This document shows, piece after piece, positions 49,692 to 61,600 of a DNA stretch of 64,000 nucleotides. Below the pieces are notes generated by a model that did not search any database, was not told the origin of the DNA, and saw only the letters and a program-made list of their open reading frames with translations. The stretch is taken from positions 81,934 to 145,933 of the forward strand of contig CAZMHV010000002.1 in NCBI GenBank assembly GCA_964566225.1, in the 5' to 3' direction. Positions within the stretch are counted from its first letter, which is position 1, and every line of letters starts with the position of its first letter. The position numbers and the translations under genes are program-made. The stretch comes from an uncultured Gammaproteobacteria bacterium (GTDB lineage: Bacteria; Patescibacteriota; Patescibacteriia; Magasanikbacterales; UBA922).

Positions 49692-52025
49692 TTGTGTATG
49701 AAAAATTTTTCTTATGCAAAACAGTCACTTGCTGTACTTTTAGGTATTGTCCTTTTTGTTGTCTATTTTAGTTTTGGGTCTGTTGCCAAAGCTACGGTAC
49801 TCACGGGTGCAGACAGTGATGTAGGTATATTTTGGTATGTTTTTGGTGGACCAGCCAATGATACCACAGACGCAAATGATAGCGATAGTATGGGAGATGT
49901 TTCTTGGCCAGCGGGCAATCAAGATTCCAGAAATATTTATATTGGTCACCTTACATCCAAATTTACTAAAGTAGTAGTAGATGTTTCTTCGGCAACAACT
50001 GATACTGGCCAAGATCTGGATATGCAATATTGGAATGGTTCTGCGTGGACAGCTCTCACCCTCACTGCACAAACACATCCGTTTGATACGGTCGGAGTAA
50101 ATAGTTTTTCTTTTTCTGCTCCTTCTGATTGGGTAACCACCAGTGTTGGAGGAACGAGTGCTTATTATATACGTACTCCGATAGCGGTTGGGACTCTTAA
50201 TGAAAAAGGTTATGTAAATGCACAAGTGAGTCAGATCTCTTTGCAACTTGTTGCACCTCCGGGGATTACTCTAACAGAATCTGGTATTGGTGGTACTTCT
50301 CTCACCGAATCTGGAGCAACAGATGGTTATACTATTGTACTCAATGCTCAGCCAACTTCAAACGTGACTATCGCGGTTACTCCGGATAGTAATTCCAGTG
50401 TATCTACCAGTAGTATTGTTTTTACTACAAGTAATTGGGATACTCCAGTCAATGTCACCGTCACTGCGGTAGATGACTCTATCGCAGAAGGATCGCATTC
50501 TTCTACCCTTACGCATAGTGCTACATCAGATGACTCAAATTATAATGGTATCAGTATTAATTCTATTATAGCAAGTGTTGGAGACAATGACACCGCTGCA
50601 ATTACTCTTAGCGATTCAAGTGCCCAAACTGCGGTAACAGAAGGAGGCGCAACAGGTTACCTCACAGCTGTTTTGACGAGTCGTCCTACCAGTACAGTTA
50701 CACTTACCTTGACACCTTCGAGTCAGATTACGCTTTCTACCACTACTATTGAATTTTCTTCCGTCAACTGGAATATTCCTGTAACTTCAACTATTACCGC
50801 TGTAAATGATTCTGCTGTGGAGGGAACCCACACAGGGACTATTACATACTCGGTTGCAAGTTCTAACTGGAACTATTCAGGCTTGGTATTGACGAATACC
50901 TCTGTTTCTATTACCGATAATGATACTGAATCTACCCCTACAGTCACTTCCAACAGCAATGCTCCTTCAGCTACTCCTCCTACTCCTCCAGCATTGCCAA
51001 CTTCACAAAATGATGAAAATACTGCTATTTTTGTGCCTGTTCCTCAAGAAGTTGTATTAGAGAAAGATGTGTCAATTCCTCTCATCCTCGGCGGAGAAAA
51101 CCACAGCCTTACTCAAGTAGGAACCGCTACTGAGAGTCAAATTACCGTTATTTTGCGGTCAGAACCTATTATCGTAACCTTAACAAAAAGTGAAATTCAA
51201 GAAATTGATTTCAATAAAGATGGCAAACAAGATATTCGTCTGCAATATAAAGGGTTTAAAAATAGTAAACCTCAACTCGAAATCACCCCACTTATAGAAG
51301 TAGGTGAAGGCAGTAAAGCTCTTTCTATCAACCTTGGCGCAACATCAACTCTTTCACGAAGTGTGACATTGACACTGCGTGCGTACAATGCGAGTTGGAT
51401 GGCCATTTCTGAGGATCCAAAATTTCAAAATGTCTCATTTGTAGCGTATCAAAAAAGTTATCCCTTTACTCTTTCAGAGGGAACCGGTGAAAAAACAGTA
51501 TATGTTCGTTTTCGTGGTGACAACGGTGGAACGGTCGACTCAAGTGATCGTATTCTTTTAGAAAAAATAACTACCTGTCCACTCACCCCAGGGAAGCCTT
51601 ATAAATCTCCACAAAATCCTGCTGTATATTTGGTACTTGATGCCCAAAGTCAAGAAGTAGCCGCTACCGATGCTCCTTGTGTAAAACGCCTCTTCAAAGA
51701 TCCCTCTACATACTTTACTTATTTCTCATCCTATAAAAGTATTATCGGTACGACTGAACAGATACTTTCATCGATACCCGACGACCCTATATCTTTTATT
51801 CCACTTGGACCCAACGCAAAACTTGATGAAAAAGGTCTTGTCAAACAGGTTTTAACTCCCAATGTGTATATTGTTCTCTCCAATAAGTTACACTGGGTAA
51901 AAACAGAACAAGTTTTCAAAAAAATGGGGTTGGTATGGAACTCTATTCAAGATATTTCACATGTTCTTTTTCGTAACTTCAGTGAGGGGGCACCGATTGA
52001 AACAGAATCAGATATACAAAAATAA
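49692..52025 (+). CDS. secreted surface protein with tandem ~110-aa Calx-beta-like repeats
   Basis: Signal peptide; repeats …TESGATDGYTIVLNAQPTSNVTIAVTP…VNVTVTAVDDSIAEGSHS… and …TEGGATGYLTAVLTSRPTSTVTLTLTP…TITAVNDSAVEGTHTG…; Pro/Thr linker PTPPALPTS. Confidence 0.6.
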   Translation: MCMKNFSYAKQSLAVLLGIVLFVVYFSFGSVAKATVLTGADSDVGIFWYVFGGPANDTTDANDSDSMGDVSWPAGNQDSRNIYIGHLTSKFTKVVVDVSSATTDTGQDLDMQYWNGSAWTALTLTAQTHPFDTVGVNSFSFSAPSDWVTTSVGGTSAYYIRTPIAVGTLNEKGYVNAQVSQISLQLVAPPGITLTESGIGGTSLTESGATDGYTIVLNAQPTSNVTIAVTPDSNSSVSTSSIVFTTSNWDTPVNVTVTAVDDSIAEGSHSSTLTHSATSDDSNYNGISINSIIASVGDNDTAAITLSDSSAQTAVTEGGATGYLTAVLTSRPTSTVTLTLTPSSQITLSTTTIEFSSVNWNIPVTSTITAVNDSAVEGTHTGTITYSVASSNWNYSGLVLTNTSVSITDNDTESTPTVTSNSNAPSATPPTPPALPTSQNDENTAIFVPVPQEVVLEKDVSIPLILGGENHSLTQVGTATESQITVILRSEPIIVTLTKSEIQEIDFNKDGKQDIRLQYKGFKNSKPQLEITPLIEVGEGSKALSINLGATSTLSRSVTLTLRAYNASWMAISEDPKFQNVSFVAYQKSYPFTLSEGTGEKTVYVRFRGDNGGTVDSSDRILLEKITTCPLTPGKPYKSPQNPAVYLVLDAQSQEVAATDAPCVKRLFKDPSTYFTYFSSYKSIIGTTEQILSSIPDDPISFIPLGPNAKLDEKGLVKQVLTPNVYIVLSNKLHWVKTEQVFKKMGLVWNSIQDISHVLFRNFSEGAPIETESDIQK
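50260..50940 (+). repeat. two tandem protein-coding repeats (~340 bp each) inside the surface-protein gene
   Basis: The two repeat units are parallel at protein level (see the CDS entry for 49692..52025). Confidence 0.55.
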
Positions 52026-52084
52026 TAGAGATTTGACTGAAAAAAGCTGTACACAGATACCTGTGTACGCTTTTCTTTATACGT

Positions 52085-53023
52085 ATGCATATACTTCCTC
52101 TCCTCAAAAAAATATTTTCAGAAAAAAAATATTGGCAGGTCAAAAGTCTTGTACTTCGATTTTTTTCGTTTTTGTGTATTTTTTTTCTTGTTGATTTTAC
52201 CCATGAAACCTATACTCAAAAATATTTTGGGTATGCGGTACGCACCAGTGACGGATTTATCAATTATTTGCCATATCTTTTTTTGGGTGCATTTTTTGTA
52301 CTGAGGCTTCCATCATTTTTTACTGGCCCCCAAAATAATCATACCAAAATTTTATCATCTGTATATACATATCTCGCTCTGTTCTTTTTTTTGATGCCGG
52401 TTCCAAGGAGTATTTTTGAGTCAAATCTCTCACTTATTTTTGTTCAGTCAATTTTCATGCTTTTGGGCTATATAAGTTTATTTGTAGCCATACTCGGAAA
52501 GAATTTTATAAAAAAATTTTCTGTAGACCTTTCCGTTATTATACTTCTTATTATTCCGTCACATTTGGCTCCACTCCTCATCGATCACTTTTGGCAGTAT
52601 TCATCACGGGTTACGTTAGCAGGTCTTTCACTTTTATTTTCACTTTTGCATATTGATGGAGTTATTATACCAAGTGAATTTGCTGTTCGTATGAAAGACT
52701 TTTCTGTGATTGTCGGTCCTTCGTGTGCAGGTATTCATTCCCTCACAGCTTTTACCGTATTGTACGGTGCCATACTACTTCTTGCCTCCAAAGATGTCGC
52801 TTTCAAGGGATATTATGCTGCTTTGTTTTATGCCATTGGTCTTTTTGCTGTATTTTTGCTCAATAGTATTCGTGTTTTCTTGATTATTTTGGTGGGAGTT
52901 TATTATTCCAAAGATTTTGCTATCCACTTGTTCCATGAGACTATTGGTTCAGTGCTCCTTCTCAGTTTTTTCATTTTGTATACTTCTTTTATTCTTCCCA
53001 AAATTCTGAGAAGAGCATCTTGA
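52085..53023 (+). CDS. exosortase/archaeosortase-family transmembrane protein (EpsH-like)
   Basis: Polytopic; VIVGPSCAGIHSL matches the exosortase catalytic Cys region (C-x-G…); a conserved Arg region follows. Confidence 0.5.
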   Translation: MHILPLLKKIFSEKKYWQVKSLVLRFFSFLCIFFLVDFTHETYTQKYFGYAVRTSDGFINYLPYLFLGAFFVLRLPSFFTGPQNNHTKILSSVYTYLALFFFLMPVPRSIFESNLSLIFVQSIFMLLGYISLFVAILGKNFIKKFSVDLSVIILLIIPSHLAPLLIDHFWQYSSRVTLAGLSLLFSLLHIDGVIIPSEFAVRMKDFSVIVGPSCAGIHSLTAFTVLYGAILLLASKDVAFKGYYAALFYAIGLFAVFLLNSIRVFLIILVGVYYSKDFAIHLFHETIGSVLLLSFFILYTSFILPKILRRAS

Positions 53024-53077
53024 TTTTTTTCTCTTTTTCCGCTATTATCAAGGCCACTGAGTCACAAAACTGCCCTT

Positions 53078-54208
53078 ATGCAAGAAGAAAAAAAACAGCT
53101 TCAAGCCCTCGAACAAAAAATTGAATCAACTTGGAAATTACTTCGTATTGATGACTTAATTGCCGAAAAATCAGACCTCCAAAAAAAAATGGAGGATCCT
53201 ACTTTTTGGTCACACCAAGAAGATGCTACCAAAGTGAGTAAACGGGTGAGTGAACTTTCTGAAGAAATACAAACTTGGCAGACCATGAAATACCAAACCC
53301 AACAGCTTTTAGAACTTGCTTCCGACGTCGAACAAAATCCAGACAGTGGATTAGAACAAGAAATACACAATAACTTAACCGAGTTGCAAAATAAATTTTT
53401 ACACCTCGAATTTTATTTATTGTTTTCTGGTAAAAATGACCAAAAAAATGCAATTGTATCTATTTATGCGGGCAGTGGGGGAACCGAAGCCCAGGACTGG
53501 GCTGAGATGCTACGACGTATGGTTTTTCGATACTGTGAGAAAAAAAACTGGAGAGTAAGTATCCTTGATGAATCTCTAGGACAAGAAGCCGGTCTCAAAT
53601 CATGTACATTTCGAGTGGAAGGTCGTCTTGCCTATGGTTATTTACAGTCAGAGCATGGCACGCATCGTCTGGTGAGACTCTCGCCATTCAATGCTGACGC
53701 ACTGCGACAAACATCATTTGCTCAAATTGAAGTCATTCCAGAAATGGAATTGAGTGATGCTTTGCATATTGATCCCAAAGATCTTCGCATTGATACGTTT
53801 ATGTCTGGTGGCAAAGGTGGTCAGAGTGTCAATACAACCTATAGTGCGGTACGCATTGTGCACCTTCCTACCGGTATTACCGTACAGTGTCAAAATGAAC
53901 GCAGTCAACTCCAAAATAGAGAGAGCGCTATGAAAGTTCTTTTTTCTAAATTGCAAAAAGTACAAGAAGAAAAAGAAGAAAAAGAACGTCTCGAACTCCG
54001 CGGAGAATACAAAAGTGCTGAGTGGGGGAATCAAATTCGTTCGTATGTGCTTCACCCCTACAAAATGGTCAAAGATATACGTACTCGATATGAAACCAAA
54101 GACCCTGAAGATGTATTGTCTGGTCATTTGGACCCTTTTATTGAAGAATATTTACGGTGGAAAAAAGATGGTATGCCAAATAGAAAAAATACTGATGAGA
54201 GTGAATAA
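53078..54208 (+). CDS. prfB: peptide chain release factor 2 (uninterrupted, no +1 frameshift site)
   Basis: SPF tripeptide (RLSPFNA) and GGQ (SGGKGGQSVNTT); single continuous 376-codon frame. Confidence 0.9.
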   Translation: MQEEKKQLQALEQKIESTWKLLRIDDLIAEKSDLQKKMEDPTFWSHQEDATKVSKRVSELSEEIQTWQTMKYQTQQLLELASDVEQNPDSGLEQEIHNNLTELQNKFLHLEFYLLFSGKNDQKNAIVSIYAGSGGTEAQDWAEMLRRMVFRYCEKKNWRVSILDESLGQEAGLKSCTFRVEGRLAYGYLQSEHGTHRLVRLSPFNADALRQTSFAQIEVIPEMELSDALHIDPKDLRIDTFMSGGKGGQSVNTTYSAVRIVHLPTGITVQCQNERSQLQNRESAMKVLFSKLQKVQEEKEEKERLELRGEYKSAEWGNQIRSYVLHPYKMVKDIRTRYETKDPEDVLSGHLDPFIEEYLRWKKDGMPNRKNTDESE

Positions 54209-54211
54209 ACT

Positions 54212-54823
54212 ATGCAACATATTTTTTTGGAAGACTGCAATCTTGAAGTACTCGTTGACCTATTGACACAAGGCAAGACTTTGGTGTATCCAACCGAAAC
54301 CTGCTATGGCCTCGGCTGTGACCCCTCAAATTCACTCGCAGTAGAAAAAATTTTTCATATCAAAAAACGGCCAGAAAATAAACCTATGCTCTTGGTGTTT
54401 CCAAATATTGAAATGCTCAAAAAGTATATTGTTTGGGATACGACACTTGAAAAACTTTCAAGCTACTGGCCAGGACCGTTGACTGTAGTCGCACAAGTCT
54501 TAGCAGGAGCACCTCTCGCTCCTGCATTGACACAAATAAATCATACGGTAGCCGTACGGGTTTCTTCGTATCCATTTGTAGCAGAACTCACGGCTCTGTT
54601 TGGTGGTCCTCTTGTATCAACCTCAGCAAATATTGCAGGTGAACCAAATCCTTATACAGCCACAGAAATTGTTGACCGATTCAACAAAGAAAAAATTTTT
54701 CCTGATATCATTATTGATGCAGGAACACTGCCTCCCAACCCACCAAGTACGCTTATTCAAGTTGACCATGGCACGGTTACGGTTCTTCGTCAGGGAAGTA
54801 TTCAGGTTATCCACCCCATATAA
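54212..54823 (+). CDS. tsaC: L-threonylcarbamoyladenylate synthase (YrdC/TsaC)
   Basis: LVYPTETCYGLGCD…; YrdC domain only (~200 aa). Confidence 0.85.
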   Translation: MQHIFLEDCNLEVLVDLLTQGKTLVYPTETCYGLGCDPSNSLAVEKIFHIKKRPENKPMLLVFPNIEMLKKYIVWDTTLEKLSSYWPGPLTVVAQVLAGAPLAPALTQINHTVAVRVSSYPFVAELTALFGGPLVSTSANIAGEPNPYTATEIVDRFNKEKIFPDIIIDAGTLPPNPPSTLIQVDHGTVTVLRQGSIQVIHPI

Positions 54824-54894
54824 ATTGTGAACTCAACAAAATTTTGTTATAATAGACTGGATAAAAAACTTTTTCACATCCAGTCTTTTTTTGT

Positions 54895-55614
54895 ATGGAT
54901 GGAATGGATACGAACAATAAATTGACTCGTGAACAAAAAGTGGGCGTCACGCTACTTTTTATTTTTACCTTACTCACCGTTGGTCTTGCTTTTTTGCAAA
55001 TGCGTAACACTTTGTTTACGCCTTTTGTGTTAAACCCAACTGATGTTGTGGATACCCAAAAATCACTTCAAGATTTGCAGGTTGACCTCCAAAAAATCGA
55101 TACAGACAAAGACGGACTCAATGACTTTGAAGAACAAGAATACTATGCTACCAGTCGATACCTGCCAGATACGGACTCTGATGGTGTTTCTGATAAAGTC
55201 GAAATTGATGCGGGTACCAATCCGTTATGTGTTGAAGGAAAATTTTGTGAATTTGGCCAAGCCAATCCTCAAGCAGTCTCTACTACTCAAGCCATTACAG
55301 CGCTTCCTGTAGGGAGTACAGCCCTTTCACCAGTTGCTGGGATTGCCCAAGATCAAGAAACTGCAGCAGCTCAGTTGCAGGCACTCATCAATGATCCAGA
55401 ACAAATTCGTCAAATGCTTCGTCAAACTGGTTCTATCCCCGAAGAACAGCTCAAAAAACTTGATAATGCAACACTTATTAGTTTGTTGAAGCAAATCATC
55501 TCTCAGCAAGGTCAGCCTCAAACCCCACCTGTCCCCGATGCTTCTGGAGTCTCTACTTCTACCAAAAATTCTGTTACAACAACTTCAACTTCTCAATTTG
55601 AAACAGAACCCTAA
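54895..55614 (+). CDS. hypothetical membrane-anchored protein with Asp-rich Ca-binding-like repeats
   Basis: N-terminal TM; DTDKDGLNDFEE…DTDSDGVSDKVE (thrombospondin-type-3/EF-like Asp motifs); Gln/Pro-rich C-terminus. Confidence 0.45.
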   Translation: MDGMDTNNKLTREQKVGVTLLFIFTLLTVGLAFLQMRNTLFTPFVLNPTDVVDTQKSLQDLQVDLQKIDTDKDGLNDFEEQEYYATSRYLPDTDSDGVSDKVEIDAGTNPLCVEGKFCEFGQANPQAVSTTQAITALPVGSTALSPVAGIAQDQETAAAQLQALINDPEQIRQMLRQTGSIPEEQLKKLDNATLISLLKQIISQQGQPQTPPVPDASGVSTSTKNSVTTTSTSQFETEP

Positions 55615-55622
55615 TTTTTTCT

Positions 55623-58600
55623 ATGCTAGAGTTTTTTTCACCCAAAAGGAAATTTGTCAAAGTCACTCTGTTTGTCGTTGGCATGCTTCAAGTTTTTAGT
55701 TTTCTTTTGGTCGCTCCGGTTTTTGCACAAGCGGGTCAGCCTGTATCTGACTATACGACAGAGTTAAATACCTATGTTACAGCCAATGTTTTGCTTGCTG
55801 ATAAGGCCAAAAAAGAAGTTGACCAAGGACTTTTGGCTACTGGAGTTGCCTCTATCATCCATGCTTTTTCCTATTTCATGGACAAAATCGCCTATGACAC
55901 TGCTCAGTACGTAGCCAATGGTGGCAAAGGCCAAAGTGCTTTGGTATTTAGAAAGGGTTTCAAGAGCTATATTGAAGACACGGCTCTTGATGCTGCCGGA
56001 GATTTTATTGAAAATTTTAGTACCAATGCACTCGGTATTAACCTCTGTCAAATTCCAGATCCACACCTGGCTATATTTTTGACACTTGGTTTCAAGAGTA
56101 TTTATGGCAAAGGTGGTCCTCAATCAAGTTGTTCTTGGCAACAATTTCGTAATAACTGGAGTCGAGAAGCGTTTGAACAACGCTATGGCCCAGGTGGAAG
56201 TCGTTTTTTGGCAGAAACTTTTAGTGCAAATTTAAAAGTAAGTAATACTGACTTCGGTGTAGGGTTATCTGCTATTGCCAAGCTTGACAAAGTTACGGCT
56301 CAAGCCAAAACCGCTGCTGCTGATGACCGCAAAGAAGGACAGGGGTACAAAGCGGTAACGGCTATGATTACGGGAAATATTTTGACTCCATCACAGGTTG
56401 TCCAAAAAGAAACTGATGTTGCTACCAATCATTACAAAGTTGAAGCCAATAACCAGCAGCTGGCGGGTATTTTGGCCAGTGGTGCCAATCAAGTTTTTTG
56501 GCATGCAGGTTCTGTATTTTTGAATACACTGACTTCAGAGATGATCAATAAATTGCTCACCCAAGGAATGTTTCCTGATATTGGAGACGATGGGAGTGCG
56601 GTAGAGGGTGGCTTTTATAACAGTCCACAAAATCGTTTGAATGGTGCAGCAAATCCCTATGCTCAGTTGCTTACGGCTCGACCTTCTACTCAAGTCAATA
56701 ATTATAATATCATTTCAGAGTTTGCTACCTGTCCAGACGCTCCAGGTATGAACAATTGTGTCATCGATACCGACTTCCAAAGAGCGCTCGACATTGGTAA
56801 CAGTGATAAACCACTTACTATCCAAGAGGCACTTGATAAAGGTTTGCTCCACGGCAATTGGCCTCTTATTTCTCCTAAACGTGAAGCTGACAATGCCAGT
56901 CCAAATCATGATTGTTACCAGGGAAAATATTGCTATTCCAATATCCAAAAACTTCGTAAAGTAAATATCTTGCCACTTGGTTTTGAAATTGCCGCTCTTC
57001 GTTCTGATCCAGATCAACCTTGGACACTTGAAACGGTCGTGAGAAACTTTGAAACCTGTTATCGTGTCAATGGACAAGGAAATCCTGATCCAAATGGTAC
57101 TATTATTCGAGAAAATGCTGCGTTTCCATTTTGTCATCTTATTAATCCAAACTGGATTATTCGTGTACCAGCGCTCCAATGTATGGGCAAGGTGATTACC
57201 GATTCACTGCTTAGTCCCGATTCTGCGCAGCGTCGTGAAGAATGTCTTGATGTCAAAACATGTATTAACGAAGGTGAAAATGGAAGTTGTGGTGGTACTT
57301 ACGCGTACTGTACTCAAGAAAAAAATATTTGGAGAATTCCAGGACAATCTTGTCCTGCTGAGTATAATACCTGTACCACGTACATGAACAATTCTACCCG
57401 CCAGGCAGCTTCATATTTGGCGCGTACGGTTGACTACGGTGAATGTAGTATTGATACAGTAGGGTGTCGTGCGTATGCTATCCAAAAATACGGTGCGGGT
57501 AACTGGCTTGGTTCCGGTGATGTTGATGATAGTGACAACCACAAAACATTTCGTGCTCTTCATGACACCACAGATATTATATACTTTGACAATGCTATAA
57601 AAGCACAAAGTACGGTTTGTCGTCCTGGCAATAATGGATGTACATTATTTTATGGTGCAGTCCAAGATACCACTACCGGTCAGTACCAAAAAACATCAAA
57701 CAACAAATTTATTGAAGACAAAAATGTTCAAATTCATCTCAAAAAAGCTCCCGATTATTTGAAATGTTATGATAGTAATCAGGCAAGTCCAGATATTGAT
57801 TGGCCAACTACTTTGGCTGACGTAGAAACCAATGTTTCTCAAAGCGAACAGTGTAATGCTTTTGCTTCAGTATGTTTAGAAAGTGAAATTGGTTGTGAGG
57901 CTTATACTCCGCTTGATGCCAAACAAGTGGCTCTTGCGGGTGTACCTCAAATTCCAGGTATGATTGGGGCACAAAATGTATGTAGTAGTGATTGTGTGGG
58001 ATATGCTACTTTCAAACAAGAAGCTGATAAATTTTCCAATGAAAAATTTCCATTGTATTTTATTCCTCAAAATGGCAAGAGTTGTGATGCCAAGTACACT
58101 GGCTGTTCAGAATTTACCAATATTGATACACGTGCTCAAGGTGGAGAAAAGAAAGAGTATTATACAGATCTCAAATACTGTGAAAAACCTTTGGCAGACC
58201 AAAGTAATATAAAAACATTCTATACTTGGGAAGGCAGTATCAACCAAGGTCTTTCTCTCAAAACTGTCAAAATATTACCAGTGAGTGCTGAAGAAAATAC
58301 ATATTTAAATGCAGTTCTTGCAGACGAAGATGCCAAATACATTGATCAATTTCCTGTTGGTTCACCTGCGTATGGAGATGATAGTAAAATTGCACTTATG
58401 GGTGCGGTTACCCAATGTAACAAAGAAAACTATTTGATTCGTCAAAACAATCCATACGATGTTGATGCTGCGGTACCAGATTGTAAAGCATACTATGACG
58501 ACGCTGGAAATATTTTTTACAGAGTCTCAGGAGATGACTCCAAATCTCTCAATAAATTAGTAACTATTTCACCGGCATGTCATCCTTTGCGCAAAACCAA

Positions 58601-61600
58601 TCCTGAATTTTTTGCAGACATTGCACTCCAGGGCAATAGTGATGCATGTTTACGCAAGGGAGGTAACTATGACCCTGCCCAAGGAACCTGTCAGCGTTGT
58701 ATGAATGGTGGACGTTTTGAAAACAACAGCTGTGTCTATCAAACTATTTCTGCTCCAGGACAATCAACTTCTTGTCCAGCTGTGGCCAATGGATGCCGTT
58801 CATATACTGGAAGTACTGCCAACAACGTAAATGAAATATTCAATGACGACTTTGAGGGAGCTACTGACGAAGAAGTAGCGCAAATGGTTGCTCCATGGAA
58901 ACCTGCTCGAAATGTTCGTATCTCTGTTGAGGCTGCACAGGCTGGTGCGCACTCACTTGAAGTGAGCGGTCCTGCCAATCAAGTAGTGAATCGTCAAATA
59001 GAACCAGGATCATTCAAGAGTGATTCTTGGTATGAGGTAACATTCTGGGCCAAAGGTTCTGGCCGAAATGTTTCAGTAGCACTTTCTCAAACCGAAAACA
59101 ATGCTCGCGTGGTGAAAGCAGATTTTTCTCTTGACCCACTCACTGGTGAGCATGTGGCTGCCTCTATTGATCAAGATTGGCATGCATATCACCTTGGACC
59201 AGTTCAATTTATTGGCGCCACCAGTACTCCGCTCATGCTTGATTTTGTACTCGAGGGGAACAACAATCTGCCTGTGTATATTGACCATGTTCGTTTTACC
59301 CAGGTTCGTGACCATATTCCTCTTATCAAAGATTCATGGAAAACTTCTGAGGGGTATGATGCTCCACTTTCTTGTGATTCAGATCCTCTCGATGCACTCC
59401 CTGGTGAAAGACTTGGTTGTTCTGCCTACAAAGATAGTAATAACAAAATTCGTTTTGCCACAGGTTTTGAAAAACTCTGTCGTGAAAAAGCGGTGGGTTG
59501 TCAACCACTCTGGGATACCTTCAATACTGTCGAAGGTGATGATGCTGATAAAAAATTGGTTTACAACGTTTTGTGTCAGGTAAATCCTCAGGCGGCAAAC
59601 ATGGCCAAAGTTGAAAATGGTAAATGTACCCTGTATCGTGCTGGAAATCTCAACAAACCAGCAGGGGAGTGTGCTATCAAAAATCAGTTTGAACCATACT
59701 GTTACGTTTCCAAAGTTGTCTTGGAAGCAGATGAAAATTTTAGTATCAGTTTTGGTAATAACGCACTCACCCGATCAACCGTCATTGTTCCTGCAGACAC
59801 GGCCAGTAGTACTCCAATATTTTTGGCCAACCGCAAAGATTTTCGTTGTAGTGAAACAGAACGTGGTTGTATGGCTGTAGGACTTGAAAATCAGCTTATT
59901 TCAACTGCAACCGTTTCTACTTCTTATAAATATACTGACATGATGGTCAAAAATGACCCTGCCTTGTACGATAAAACGTTGTGTCGAAGTGATTTGGTTG
60001 GTTGTGACGAATTTAAAAACAATAACAATGTAACCTACTTCAAAGATCCAAAAATTATTGGTAACAAAACCTGTGTGTACAAAGAAAAAGGCAACACAGA
60101 TACATTTGGTTGGTTTCAGGACGGTGTTGGTCGTTGTACGGCCAACTCAGACCGTTTGTGTCGTACCAATGATGACTGTGACCGAGGAGATACTTGTAAC
60201 TCTGCAACTTTGAATACGGTTGCCTGCTATGAAGATTACCAACGCGAAGGTGGCATGTATGATTTGTGGAGTAATAATACCCAGCAGTACGATGGTTTTG
60301 TAGGTTCTTGTCCAAATAACTATAACCTGTGTACAGAACTTATTGATCCAGCCGATACTTCATCGGTGCATCCTGCTGGTCAAGCATACTATGTTATTTT
60401 CAATAATCAGGTGACTTCACAGGTTTCAAAATGTGATGGCAAAGTAAGTTTGAGTGAAGGTTGTGTTCTCTTCAACAAAACCGATCAACCAAATAAATTG
60501 TACGATAGTGTCGCTACCTATACCAATTCAGAAAATGCAAATCCCAAATATTCGCCAGTAGCACCTGTTTCAACTGGTCGAAGTCTCAATACCAACTTAA
60601 TCTTGAAAGTGAACCGTGACCGTATGTGTAGTCGATGGCTTGATTGTGCTACCAGTATTCGTCAAACCGATGCTTCGGGCAAGCCAGTTGACCTCTGTTA
60701 TGCATTTCGTGAATGTGAACAACAAGAAGGTGGCGTCTGTACCAAGTGGGTAGACAACTTTGCCAATAATAGTACGGTACAACAAGCTGCTACTCGTATT
60801 ACCTATGGCAACTATATCAAGCGTGGTACTTCATGGTATGACAATGAATTTACGGGGTATTCACTGTACAACAAATTCCGTATTGACAACATGATCTATG
60901 TTTCATTTGATAACGACGTTTTGAAATCAACCTATAAACTCTTAGAAGGGGATGTAGAAAAAATGGTGGACAGACAGTATCTTGCCTATGAAATGGATGG
61001 TCAATTTTTTACTGGTGAAAGTCGTGGCAAAGGGTGTTTCCCAGATCCTGCAAATCCAAATGTCAGTACAGACATGAAAATTTGTGGATATGACAATGGT
61101 GGTCGTTGTTACAAAAATAAATGTATATATCCTATCACTGGTGTGTTTCCAGCAGGTATTGACCCTGTCAGTGCTGTAGACGCAACTCGTCGCAGTAGTA
61201 TGATCACACTGTTGAATGCACTTACCTCCAACAGTTGTAAAGGTCACCCAGAAATTACCGGACCATTTGAAATTCAGACCGTGCTTGATAAAGACGCAAA
61301 TCCTGTTAAAAAATACCTGTTCGATGGGGATGGTTTCAATGCAGGCTTATTCCGTTTAGAAGTACGAAACCCTCGCAGTGGATTTTCCAATGCCAATTAC
61401 TGTCAAGACGAAGAGTGTTCCTGTGGTTACAAAAAAATATATTACAATGGAAATTCTCTTCCAGACTATGTTGACTTACAAAAACCTGTAAATAGTCGTG
61501 GTGTTTGTATTAGTGGAGATATTCCTGTTCGAAATGATGATGGAACTGTGAATAATCAAAGAACGCAAAGTGCTGTTGGTTCATACTGTCAAAATGACAA

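Noticed and set aside
53078-53200. Programmed +1 frameshift site expected in prfB
   Set aside because: RF2 here is encoded in one continuous frame (no CUU-UGA-C shift site); it is simply a non-frameshifted prfB.
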